The notes below the pieces were generated by a model. That model was not told the origin of the DNA. It did no database searches and worked only from the letters and a program-made list of their open reading frames with translations. This document shows, one piece after another, positions 55,741-64,000 of a stretch of DNA of 64,000 bases (the first letter of the stretch is position 1; each line of letters opens with the position of its first letter). Position numbers and translations under genes: made by a program. The stretch is taken from the IMG/VR virus record IMGVR_UViG_3300014208_000002, positions 1 to 64,000 of that record. The stretch is one strand, 5' to 3'. This stretch comes from a virus. Lineage: Duplodnaviria; Caudoviricetes.

Positions 55741-55919
55741 TTCAAAAAATAAAATATAAATCTACTCTTTGTATAAATTAGGTCTAAAGCTCTTTGATAA
55801 GAGAAATAATTAGTATCTTCATTTATAGACCAAACATAGCCATTTCCTCTTTTTTCTACATATAGGGGGCGATTTTTTATACTATGCGCTAATTTTATTG
55901 CTTTAATTAGTTTATTCAT
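55722..55919 (-). CDS. hypothetical protein
   Basis: 65-aa ORF with GAGG RBS. Confidence 0.5.
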   Translation of the reverse strand: MNKLIKAIKLAHSIKNRPLYVEKRGNGYVWSINEDTNYFSYQRALDLIYTKSRFIFYFLKWIKYI

Positions 55920-55928
55920 TTTCCTCTC

Positions 55929-56099
55929 CTAGTCTCTCCAATGCCTCATTACCCCTAGAACGATTATAGCATTCGTAATTAAATAAATCAAGGTAATTCC
56001 TGTGCGAATAAGAGCAATGATATTCGCCTCTCTACTATCATCGCTGGCTTTTGCTCCCAGTGCTTTTGCCCATAGACGCCAAAGATTTATAAACTTCAA
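55929..56099 (-). CDS. 56-aa small membrane protein of a type recurrent in T4-like phages; missed by the ORF track
   Basis: TTG start; MKFINLWRLWAKALGAKASDDSREANIIALIRTGITLIYLITNAIIVLGVMRHWRD. Confidence 0.7.
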   Translation of the reverse strand: MKFINLWRLWAKALGAKASDDSREANIIALIRTGITLIYLITNAIIVLGVMRHWRD

Positions 56100-56108
56100 A
56101 CTATCCCC

Positions 56109-56588
56109 CTATGCTGGATAATAAGTAAATACATTCTTAAAATTCTTTCTACAAAGCTCAAGACTGTCCTCTTCATACCACGGGGGGACATAAGAGCAAA
56201 TAGCAAAGGTTGTATTTAAGTCTAATTGAGAATATAATTCACTACCAATAAACATTCCCGTAGTTCCCTTAAATCTTTCACAATTAGGGGTCATGAATAT
56301 ATTCTCTATATGAGGCTGAACTGCAATATATTTTTTGTATTTAAGGAAATAGAATGATTGTGCATTATACGCCGAGCCTAAGTCTACAATAGTAAAATGG
56401 TAAGGAATCAATTCTGCTAATCTTTTGTAAATAGATACAAAACCTAAAAATTCTGGTTCAATATCTGCATCTACCATATAGCCCGACATTACTTTTTCAA
56501 TTTGATCTTTAGGGAGAATATCCCACAATGCTAAAGAGTCAGCTTCCCAATCTGTAGGTGGATACTCACGAATATTGGTAGGTATCAT
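56109..56588 (-). CDS. hypothetical protein, possibly methyltransferase-like Rossmann fold
   Basis: TIVDLGSAY motif-I-like segment. Confidence 0.45.
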   Translation of the reverse strand: MIPTNIREYPPTDWEADSLALWDILPKDQIEKVMSGYMVDADIEPEFLGFVSIYKRLAELIPYHFTIVDLGSAYNAQSFYFLKYKKYIAVQPHIENIFMTPNCERFKGTTGMFIGSELYSQLDLNTTFAICSYVPPWYEEDSLELCRKNFKNVFTYYPA

Positions 56589-56593
56589 TTTCT

Positions 56594-57751
56594 CTACTTT
56601 CTGCCTCTTATAGGCAAGGGGGGTTTTGTTTCAACAGGGGGTTTGGATACTCCATTAGGCATAGGCTTGTAGAATTTTAATAATATATTCGTCATAAAGA
56701 AATTATAAGTAATATTCCCTGAGCTTGCATTGAACATATTAGAGTAAATTTCCAATAGCTCTTTTACATTCCCCGTATTATTCAATGAGGAATAAAAATT
56801 TTCATAGAAGGGGCTTTTAGCAGTATCAGGGTTCATTTCAAATAGTGCGGATTTGTATAATGCGTCCCAAGAAATTCCTAAGAAGGAGTTAAAAATGCGC
56901 TCCTGATTATTTTCTTTTTTCTTATAATTTTCAAAATCTTCAAAGAATTTCTTATTCTTCTTTACAAGGAGTGATAATGTTTCATAGGCAGTTTTTTCAT
57001 CCATTACTCCCATATAAGAGATTAGTTCTTCTTTTGTAGTTATAGGAGTTGTTATACATTGTTCATATAATTGAACCGCCTCACGAAGAGAACCACAAGC
57101 GAGAGTAGCAACAGTATAGAGAACTTCAATCATTGTGTCGGGCAATTCACTCTTTGGGTCGTGGGTTGGAAGAAGAGTGTTAATAAGATAATCAGCTATA
57201 TCATCTTCTTTTATTGCCTTGAAGGAATATCTTTGTGTTCGGCCAATGATGGAAGTATCAAATTTAGATATATCCATCGTATTCATAATAATATAAGCAT
57301 GCTTATATACTTTTTCCAAGAGAAGAAGTAATGCACCTTTTGTAGTTGCATTTCCAAGATTTTGTGCTTCATCTAATATGAATATCTTGTTCTTATCATA
57401 CATAGGGGAAACAGAAAGTTTTTGTTTTAGCCCCAATACATCTTCTTTTACCATGCCCGCACAATCAAAAACTCGTGTGTCCCGACCAAATTTTCCAGAA
57501 ATTATATCTTTACAAGAAGGACACTCCTGACAAGCTTCATGAGTTCCATCTTCTTTAGTTATTGGAGCTTGACAGTTTAATAATTGTGCAATGATCTGAG
57601 CGGTTGTAGTTTTTCCCGATCCAGTACTTCCCTCCAACAAGATAACTTGAGGAAAATCCATAGTCTTAGACCTATTTTTAAGATTTTGAATAATTAGTTT
57701 TTGTCCTACTATATCATTAAAATTTCTCGGTCGTAAATCAAGACTATACAT
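56594..57751 (-). CDS. dnaX: DNA polymerase III gamma/tau-like clamp-loader AAA+ ATPase
   Basis: RPRNFNDIVGQ, GSTGSGKTT, CQAP...CQECPSC, IFILDEAQNL, SIIGR. Confidence 0.85.
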   Translation of the reverse strand: MYSLDLRPRNFNDIVGQKLIIQNLKNRSKTMDFPQVILLEGSTGSGKTTTAQIIAQLLNCQAPITKEDGTHEACQECPSCKDIISGKFGRDTRVFDCAGMVKEDVLGLKQKLSVSPMYDKNKIFILDEAQNLGNATTKGALLLLLEKVYKHAYIIMNTMDISKFDTSIIGRTQRYSFKAIKEDDIADYLINTLLPTHDPKSELPDTMIEVLYTVATLACGSLREAVQLYEQCITTPITTKEELISYMGVMDEKTAYETLSLLVKKNKKFFEDFENYKKKENNQERIFNSFLGISWDALYKSALFEMNPDTAKSPFYENFYSSLNNTGNVKELLEIYSNMFNASSGNITYNFFMTNILLKFYKPMPNGVSKPPVETKPPLPIRGRK

Positions 57752-57768
57752 GAGGACTCCTTATATTA

Positions 57769-57797
57769 AGTATACCTGGATTTTATGATAAGGTCAA
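57769..57797 (-). promoter_or_regulatory. sigma70-type early promoter
   Basis: TTGACC-17 nt-TATACT, followed by TAAT as at 54631. Confidence 0.8.
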
Positions 57798-57807
57798 TAT
57801 TAAAAAA

Positions 57808-58422
57808 CTACCTATGATCCCCTGAGCCGGTAATTACCCCCCGCTCTTTGCGAGAGTTTAATTTTTCAATATTCATTCGGAAGATGTCTTCAAGCGGAAA
57901 ACTAATATCAAGACAATAAGTTCTCAATGCTATAAAAATGCGAGAGAGGTGGGTTTGTAATTCAAATATTTTTTCTACAGAGAATGTTCTATTAGAGTCT
58001 CGTAGCCACTTCTTTATAATTCCTGCGATAACAGATGCTTCAAAATACATTGAATCTAATTCACAAAAATCATCACCTTCTAGAGAAGACATATTTAATC
58101 CTAAATCAGTACATAATGCGGCGATATACCACATTACATCCCCCACCTCATAAAGGACTTCATCTATTTTATATTTATCAGGATCAACATATTTTTCAGA
58201 TATTTCCCCTATTTCATTTATTAGTCCTAAAGTAGGATAAATTACTTTATCAGTATAGATTGCTGTTTTATATGCCTCTAATTGATATTCATTTATTTTC
58301 ATACCGCTTCCTCCACAATGGATGATACCTACAGAAGTAATATGTTTTATTACCTTACTATTAAAATCGGCTACCCAGTCTTTACATGCTCCCTTTCTAA
58401 ATTCTTTTTCAGCATCTATCAT
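57808..58422 (-). CDS. MazG-like nucleotide pyrophosphohydrolase (start at 58422 or 58302)
   Basis: EYQLEAYKTAIY, LGLINEIGEI, EVGDVMWYIA, NIEKLNSRKERGVITGSGDHR; GGAGG RBS before 58302. Confidence 0.85.
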   Translation of the reverse strand: MIDAEKEFRKGACKDWVADFNSKVIKHITSVGIIHCGGSGMKINEYQLEAYKTAIYTDKVIYPTLGLINEIGEISEKYVDPDKYKIDEVLYEVGDVMWYIAALCTDLGLNMSSLEGDDFCELDSMYFEASVIAGIIKKWLRDSNRTFSVEKIFELQTHLSRIFIALRTYCLDISFPLEDIFRMNIEKLNSRKERGVITGSGDHR

Positions 58423-58423
58423 A

Positions 58424-59425
58424 TTACCCCTTTTCCCGTTTGGGGAAATTAAAAAGCCTACCGTCTGAGGGAACAATCTTTGGAATTAGAGGAATTTCCT
58501 CCCTCACTTCATTAGTAGGAATAATTTCGGGGGGAGTTATTTCTTCCTCTTTCTCTTCTTCAAAATCCTCTTCTAACATTTCCGTTACTGGATTTTCCGC
58601 AGGGGTTATTATATTAGGATTAGAAGTATACTTTTCTTTCTGCCCTCTTTTTTGTTTCTTTCGTATTATTCTTGGAGAAGTATTAGGATGAACAGAAGTA
58701 ACAACTAATCCAGCCTCTACAATGATAACTAAAAGTGCAAAAGAAATAATAGTTACTACAGTTATATTCCACTTAAACAAATCTGCAATAAGAGTATACA
58801 TAGTTTTTTCAATAGCTATGTTTTCTACTTTTGCCTTTTTATGTAGCTCTGTTATTTCTGATCGAATTGTAGCAATCTCACCATTTAACTTGTCAATTTC
58901 TCTTTGAGTTATATCAATAGTTCTCTGAATTCGTTCTATCTCTGTAAGTTTTTCAGGAGGTAGCAAGTCCCGAGCGGCTTTACGCTTTTCAATAATTTCT
59001 AATCTATCAGCTATTTTTCCCTGTGCTACAACTATTGCGGCATTTTTATTAGCTATGTCTTCTTCGTATGAAACTGTAGCAGATATAGCGGTTTTCTTAT
59101 CTACAATGACAAGCCCCGAGCCTAATCCAGATACTAACGAAGCAATAAGAGCAAAGGCATAGACAGCAAAGTAAGCAGTAGCCTTTTTCTTAAACCCATA
59201 GTCCCAAGCAAAATTGCCTTTAGTTAAAGTAAATGCTTTAATGATCTCTTGAATGATTGCTACCGCCAACATGATATAAAAATCAAGTCGGGTGATAGCA
59301 AGGTTTAGATAGAAATTAAGTGCAAGAGAAAATGATACTGCCAAGCATAATCCAAATGCGAGAAAACCAATAAAATTTATTATTTTCATTCCTATAGATT
59401 GGTTTGGATCATAAGTAGTTACCAT
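58424..59425 (-). CDS. multi-pass membrane protein with central coiled coil and acidic/Pro-rich tail
   Basis: Three N-terminal TM segments, a coiled coil, one further TM. Confidence 0.65.
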   Translation of the reverse strand: MVTTYDPNQSIGMKIINFIGFLAFGLCLAVSFSLALNFYLNLAITRLDFYIMLAVAIIQEIIKAFTLTKGNFAWDYGFKKKATAYFAVYAFALIASLVSGLGSGLVIVDKKTAISATVSYEEDIANKNAAIVVAQGKIADRLEIIEKRKAARDLLPPEKLTEIERIQRTIDITQREIDKLNGEIATIRSEITELHKKAKVENIAIEKTMYTLIADLFKWNITVVTIISFALLVIIVEAGLVVTSVHPNTSPRIIRKKQKRGQKEKYTSNPNIITPAENPVTEMLEEDFEEEKEEEITPPEIIPTNEVREEIPLIPKIVPSDGRLFNFPKREKG

Positions 59426-59434
59426 TAAAGCCCC

Positions 59435-60013
59435 CTAAAAGGAATAATCTTTTTTCATATAAGAAAATACTAAGTCCACATTTGTTTTTAAATCCATAAG
59501 AGTTCCATCGTTTTCAATAATATATTGTGCTGGAATAGAAGATATATATTTTTCACTTTCGTGTACTTCTCCAGTTGGAATCTTTTCCTTTCTCACCACT
59601 TTAATAATAGGAAAATTATTTTTACTAAAAAATTCAATTTCGTGGGGAAAACGAACATCCGGTATTATCCAATTATTAGTAGGGTATTCTTGTAGTTTCT
59701 TCTCAAATAATCGAACCCATAGCGTTCGTCCTGTAATCTTTTTAAATGCTTCAGATTTTTCACAGAGAAGATATTGAGAAAACTCCGTTCCAAGAAGCTG
59801 AAGAACCAACCGAGGAGAAATTCCCCAATAAGGGTCTACAACATCTTTAAGCTCCCCATAGGTATATTTATAATCCCAGCCAAACATTACTTCAGCGGCG
59901 TGTTTAATAGGGTCGGCAAAACTATAGCGAGAAAAAGAAGGGTCAAGTCCCATTAACATATTTGCTACGGTGTCTTTACCAGAGCGTAAAAAACCAGTTA
60001 TACCAATTACCAT
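59435..60013 (-). CDS. deoxynucleoside monophosphate kinase (T4 gp1-like)
   Basis: GITGFLRSGKDT, SFADPIK, PRLVLQLLGTE, IIPDVRFPHE, HESE. Confidence 0.9.
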   Translation of the reverse strand: MVIGITGFLRSGKDTVANMLMGLDPSFSRYSFADPIKHAAEVMFGWDYKYTYGELKDVVDPYWGISPRLVLQLLGTEFSQYLLCEKSEAFKKITGRTLWVRLFEKKLQEYPTNNWIIPDVRFPHEIEFFSKNNFPIIKVVRKEKIPTGEVHESEKYISSIPAQYIIENDGTLMDLKTNVDLVFSYMKKDYSF

Positions 60014-60229
60014 TTATTTCTCCAGCCTAGAATAGTGTTTTATGGATAAGCTATAGTCCCCCGCAGGGAGTTTTAATAGATTCTTTTTTAGAATACTGTA
60101 GGTAGTTTCAGTATCTCCATTCCATAAGTCAATAAAAGATTCTGATACTACTGAGCCATATTCAGAATGTTCTTCATATATAGTAATTTTAATCAAATCA
60201 GGAGAATTATCAGATTCAATCTTAGCCAT
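60014..60229 (-). CDS. hypothetical protein
   Basis: 71-aa ORF in a tightly packed operon. Confidence 0.6.
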   Translation of the reverse strand: MAKIESDNSPDLIKITIYEEHSEYGSVVSESFIDLWNGDTETTYSILKKNLLKLPAGDYSLSIKHYSRLEK

Positions 60230-60230
60230 T

Positions 60231-60422
60231 TTATTCCTCTCCTAATATAACTCGCTTAGTAGCCCTAGCTTCAGACGCTCCACATATTACAAAAACTTTA
60301 TCAAAAGCCTGATTAGATGCCTGTTCAAGAATTTCTTTACGCCAACTCTCTAATGCTATTTCTATAGATTTAGCATTGGGACATCCTACAAGACAATTAG
60401 AAAGTTCTTTAGCAGTAGTCAT
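60231..60422 (-). CDS. hypothetical protein
   Basis: 63-aa ORF, abutting neighbours. Confidence 0.55.
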   Translation of the reverse strand: MTTAKELSNCLVGCPNAKSIEIALESWRKEILEQASNQAFDKVFVICGASEARATKRVILGEE

Positions 60423-60653
60423 TTATTTATGTTCTCCCCCATCACAAAAAATATCTAAGGCTAAATCAATTTCAATCTTTGTAGTTCTTAGCGCCGCTAA
60501 GTCTTCTTTCTTTACTTTTCCTTCACTGACAAGTTTTATAGCATAAGTTCTTATATGGTCAAAAGAATTATTGGAACCCAATACATACCATTCATTTGAC
60601 CCATCAGCTAAATGAACATTTTGTTTAAGCTCATATATAATCCATTCTTTCAT
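60423..60653 (-). CDS. hypothetical protein
   Basis: 76-aa ORF, ATGA overlap with upstream gene. Confidence 0.6.
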   Translation of the reverse strand: MKEWIIYELKQNVHLADGSNEWYVLGSNNSFDHIRTYAIKLVSEGKVKKEDLAALRTTKIEIDLALDIFCDGGEHK

Positions 60654-61453
60654 AGATATTCCTCCGTTACTATTCTTACTGGATACCCACCTTGGAAAGT
60701 TCCGGGGAGGGGCACCATTTCATTTTTATTTTGTTTAATTTCTCCCCCAACTTCGGAGGCAATTCTGTCAAAAACTTCCAAAGTTTTTAAGTAGTTATAT
60801 TTTATTGTTTCTCTTTTTAGAAGAATATGGTATCCTGAGTGAGTATCTATCACTTCAAACTTTATTTGATTTTCCTTTAGTTCCTTAATATATTCAGAAA
60901 GAAGAGGACTATTTTTAGGTACATCAAAGTCAATGTCTATCCATACTCTTCGACCCCGAGCTTTTTGAATCTTGTCTAAAAGAAGTCGATCTATTCGAGA
61001 GAGCCTATCTGATATATCATCCAAGCTTCTACCATTTAAGGCATTTAGAGAGAGTTCAAGAATATATTCCTGCATAACATAATTAAACTCAGTGTATGCC
61101 TTTAACATATTGGAGGGATTTATATTGACATAACAAATAATACACTTTGATGGAATAATTGAATTATTCTTTGTAGTGTAGGCGGCTGGATTACATTCAA
61201 ATTTATGAATCAGTCTAATAAACTTTTGATAATCATAAGTACGAAGAGTGCGCCTTTCAAACATTTCAGTACGACCTAAACAAAGCTCTTCTCGTTCTTC
61301 CTCTGTTAAATATTTATTTCGTGCTGAAAGAGAAAAGAAATAAGTTTCCTGACTTTCAAGAGGAGGCATAATTTCCTCAAAATACCGAGTAAGTTCTTTT
61401 TCATCTGATATTAAATTAAAATATTCACCCATACTTAGCTCCCCACTCCCCAA
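60650..61453 (-). CDS. conserved phage protein with AEP/PrimPol-like motifs
   Basis: WIDIDFD (DxD), DTHSGYHILL, VPLPGT. Confidence 0.5.
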   Translation of the reverse strand: MGSGELSMGEYFNLISDEKELTRYFEEIMPPLESQETYFFSLSARNKYLTEEEREELCLGRTEMFERRTLRTYDYQKFIRLIHKFECNPAAYTTKNNSIIPSKCIICYVNINPSNMLKAYTEFNYVMQEYILELSLNALNGRSLDDISDRLSRIDRLLLDKIQKARGRRVWIDIDFDVPKNSPLLSEYIKELKENQIKFEVIDTHSGYHILLKRETIKYNYLKTLEVFDRIASEVGGEIKQNKNEMVPLPGTFQGGYPVRIVTEEYL

Positions 61454-61749
61454 CCTAAATCTTGAGCTTCAGAGATTGCTTTATAATTAGCTTTTATATA
61501 GTCGTGGATACCTACTCCAAAGATATAATATTTTTGTTTTGTATCACTAATTATTCTTATATTTCTATTACGATTTGCAAGTATTCTTGTTTCTGCCATT
61601 TGAACTAAACCCACTTCATCATTAGGGCTTAATGCTACAATTGATAAAATAGTTAATCCTATAAGCTGTTCTCCTCTTGTTACCTCTTTTATTACAAATT
61701 CATTTAATTTCTTATGAGTTATATTTGAAGAGTCTATAATTACGAGCAT
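61435..61749 (-). CDS. hypothetical protein
   Basis: 104-aa ORF overlapping both neighbours. Confidence 0.55.
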   Translation of the reverse strand: MLVIIDSSNITHKKLNEFVIKEVTRGEQLIGLTILSIVALSPNDEVGLVQMAETRILANRNRNIRIISDTKQKYYIFGVGIHDYIKANYKAISEAQDLGWGVGS

Positions 61750-62297
61750 TTATTTATCTCCTCAAGAATAGAGGGAACAACCCCCCAATTATTTATTGAA
61801 TATTCTGTTTCAATATGAGCATTATATGGGTAGAAAAATTTAATCCTTGTCATCGGCGCTCGTTCTAACACCTCTGGCTTATCATCTATAATTATGTCTC
61901 CAGGGATTTCCCATTTTTCTTTCTTAAAGATTACTTCAGTAAAAGGAATTGAAGGGAAGTTAGTCTCTAGCCAAGTCTTTTTTGTCTGCTTGAATCGTTC
62001 CTCATCCTTCCAAGGGATAGTTACAATAACTAATTCATAATCTAAAATAAGAAGATATTCTAAAATTGTATTGACACTTTTCTTTGGGGGGATGGTCAAC
62101 CAAAAATCATCAGAGTCCATTATCTCTGCCATTATTTTCTTTTGTTCTTTTTTAGATAGAAGAATACAGGTTTCAATATGGTAAGTCTCATCAGAGTAAT
62201 TAGGGTCTATTGGATACCCTAACTTTTTTGCATAGGTAATGAAATGATTAGAGAAACAATTTATGGTATTGTCCATATCTATGAGAATTCTTTTCAA
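61740..62297 (-). CDS. 5'(3')-deoxyribonucleotidase, HAD family
   Basis: ILIDMDNTI, LVIVT, KKTWL, IIIDDKP, YNAH. Confidence 0.85.
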   Translation of the reverse strand: MKRILIDMDNTINCFSNHFITYAKKLGYPIDPNYSDETYHIETCILLSKKEQKKIMAEIMDSDDFWLTIPPKKSVNTILEYLLILDYELVIVTIPWKDEERFKQTKKTWLETNFPSIPFTEVIFKKEKWEIPGDIIIDDKPEVLERAPMTRIKFFYPYNAHIETEYSINNWGVVPSILEEINKCS

Positions 62298-62315
62298 TTT
62301 TTTGCTCCTCTATAG

Positions 62316-62344
62316 AGTATACCCGAGAATAGTAAAACTATCAA
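62316..62344 (-). promoter_or_regulatory. sigma70-type early promoter
   Basis: TTGATA-17 nt-TATACT with GGG before the -10, as at 54631. Confidence 0.7.
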
Positions 62345-62691
62345 TCTGTTTTTTTAACTTTATGTCCCCTCGGGCGACCAACTGGACCAGAAGTAATTCG
62401 TTCAAAAGGCTCATTAAAAGCTTTTTCAAGGGCCTCTTTTATATGGAGGGTAAGTGTTCTAATGTCAAAATCATCTTCTACGCCATGAACCTGAACAAGC
62501 ATCATATCTGGTTTGACAAGAACAAAAACAAATAAAGGATGCTCCGGGTCATTACAGGATTTCTTAAATGAAAAACTATCTCCTGTCTGTTCCAATAATT
62601 CAAGATCAAAATTAGAATACGCCATAGACAGCTTTAACATAACCTTTGTGGCCTCATAGGGTATAGTAAATTCAGCATCAAGAGATTTCAT
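62341..62691 (-). CDS. hypothetical protein
   Basis: 116-aa ORF. Confidence 0.65.
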   Translation of the reverse strand: MKSLDAEFTIPYEATKVMLKLSMAYSNFDLELLEQTGDSFSFKKSCNDPEHPLFVFVLVKPDMMLVQVHGVEDDFDIRTLTLHIKEALEKAFNEPFERITSGPVGRPRGHKVKKTD

Positions 62692-62927
62692 TTAAAATGC
62701 TTCATTTTTATTACAGTATTCCAAGCCCTATTCATCCTTTTTTTATTAAACCATTCAATATGCTTTCCAGGATGCCCTTTTGCCCTCATGCAACAACTAC
62801 CTGTTGCATGAGGTTTCTCTGTCCATCTGTATTGAAATGATAGTGTACATTCATTTACAAAAGGACACTGATGACCATGATAGCCCTTTATATGCCACAT
62901 GAAAAAATGATAAAACCATTTAAACAT
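62688..62927 (-). CDS. small Cys/His protein, possible metal binding (likely start MFKWF)
   Basis: HGHQCP..C...CC...HPGKH; GAGGAG RBS before ATG 62927. Confidence 0.55.
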   Translation of the reverse strand: MFKWFYHFFMWHIKGYHGHQCPFVNECTLSFQYRWTEKPHATGSCCMRAKGHPGKHIEWFNKKRMNRAWNTVIKMKHFK

Positions 62928-63039
62928 TTCTATCTCCTCTATTTTCACAAATCTGTATATAATACTTTTTCAACTTGAATATAAAAATTGAAGGAAAAAA
63001 TATTAAACAAATGGTTGCTATAGTATAAACAATTGTCAC
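62920..63039 (-). CDS. 39-aa putative membrane peptide missed by the ORF track
   Basis: GTG start in a GTGA overlap, AGGAG RBS; MTIVYTIATICLIFFPSIFIFKLKKYYIQICENRGDRNV. Confidence 0.45.
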   Translation of the reverse strand: MTIVYTIATICLIFFPSIFIFKLKKYYIQICENRGDRNV

Positions 63040-63575
63040 CTTATTGCTCCTCTTCTACTACCAATAATTATAAGAATAAATCTTAAAAAAGCAATATAAA
63101 AATCATTGAAGTATTCTTTCATCGTCATTTTGTATTTAGAACAATTAGTAGTTGGAAATTCTTTATCAAGCCAATCTTGTGCCTCTATCAGATCACTTTC
63201 TTCTTTTGTAATGGAAGAGTAAAGATAAGGAGAAACATATGGAGCGCAAAACCACGGAGAATCTACTTCTTTATCTTTATCCAACTTTTGTCTTATTTCA
63301 GCAAGCATATCTTTTGCACGATCTTGACTTGATCTAATTTCAGAAATCATGAGATCAATATGGTTTACATCCTGTATTTCATTATATAAATCAGCATCCA
63401 CAGTATTTGTAGAATAAAACTCTACCGGTAGCGAATTAAGAATTCCACAACTATTTGGTGGGGAAGGGATTAACATTCGGATATGAATAGGGCCTTCTCC
63501 ATCTTTTACTTCTACTTGAATATTCTCTAGGCCAAAAAGAGGAGAACTTGGAAGTACCATGTCACTCATCCTCAT
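63036..63575 (-). CDS. hypothetical protein
   Basis: 179-aa ORF. Confidence 0.6.
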   Translation of the reverse strand: MRMSDMVLPSSPLFGLENIQVEVKDGEGPIHIRMLIPSPPNSCGILNSLPVEFYSTNTVDADLYNEIQDVNHIDLMISEIRSSQDRAKDMLAEIRQKLDKDKEVDSPWFCAPYVSPYLYSSITKEESDLIEAQDWLDKEFPTTNCSKYKMTMKEYFNDFYIAFLRFILIIIGSRRGAIR

Positions 63576-63855
63576 ATTCCGCTATATTTTTTATATAAGA
63601 TATACAAACATTTTGAGCATGGAGAGCTTCTATTTTTTTCTCTATCATTTTTTTCTCTTCATACTCTTTTAATATTTCATCAATTTCAATGTTAGCTTCG
63701 TCGGCTCCACAGGTACATTCATAAAATTCATCGTATCTTGGATCACAGCACCCGCCCTCTGCTTTAGGGCATGAATAGAAATAGTCTTCACAAGAATAAT
63801 GTTTTCTTCTATTTTTGAGAAGAATAGCCGCAAGTCTGTCTTCCAAATTTGTCAT
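63562..63855 (-). CDS. small Cys-rich hypothetical protein
   Basis: HYSCEDYFYSCPKAEGGCC...CTCGAD. Confidence 0.65.
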   Translation of the reverse strand: MTNLEDRLAAILLKNRRKHYSCEDYFYSCPKAEGGCCDPRYDEFYECTCGADEANIEIDEILKEYEEKKMIEKKIEALHAQNVCISYIKNIAEYEDE

Positions 63856-63858
63856 TTA

Positions 63859-63999
63859 CTATTCCTCAAAATTAGGGGCTTTATCGTAATAGATAGAACC
63901 ATCATGAGACACATAAGCATACCATGTATCTCCATTAAAGTCAAAGGAAAAAACACCAGAAGTTACAAATTCTATATTTGTAGATGTCGGGGGGAAAAG
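63859..63999 (-). CDS. 3' end of a truncated gene
   Basis: Open frame LFPPTSTNIEF...DKAPNFEE ending TAG at 63861-63859. Confidence 0.55.
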   Translation of the reverse strand, partial: LFPPTSTNIEFVTSGVFSFDFNGDTWYAYVSHDGSIYYDKAPNFEE

Positions 64000-64000
64000 G

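Noticed and set aside
1-64000. Stop-codon recoding as in some large phages
   Set aside because: Conserved genes are uninterrupted in code 11, and TAA, TAG (2361, 12640) and TGA (7797) all end genes right before the next RBS or start.
1-64000. CRISPR array, tRNA or rRNA genes
   Set aside because: No regularly spaced identical repeats or cloverleaf/T-loop signatures were seen; intergenic gaps are very short. A tRNAscan-SE run would be decisive.

Overview
About 64 kb of an AT-rich large myovirus genome with a T4-like contractile tail, read in standard genetic code 11. Positions 1-50185 are a plus-strand late module. It runs through tail completion, sheath, three tube paralogs, a chaperone pair, tape measure and baseplate, then three tail-fibre plus tip-protein cassettes whose fibres are unusually cysteine-rich. 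A nine-gene glycosyltransferase / radical-SAM / Gmd (intein-containing) / cytidylyltransferase cluster sits between those cassettes, and an amidase and holin-like lysis genes end the module. Positions 50175-64000 are a minus-strand block: lytic transglycosylase, rIIB, rIIA, DnaG-type primase, DnaX-like ATPase, MazG-like protein, dNMP kinase, AEP-like protein, HAD nucleotidase and small ORFs. This block has three near-consensus sigma70 promoters ending GG-TATACT. A recurring motif TACTAA(T/C)(A/G) precedes 12 plus-strand late genes and is a candidate late promoter; two copies lie at the apex of long hairpins. The best candidate for an undescribed system is the Cys-rich fibres together with the late-promoter-linked glycan/radical-SAM cluster, possibly a virion-surface modification system. 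All family assignments come from motif recognition by eye; no database searches were run and the host cannot be determined.
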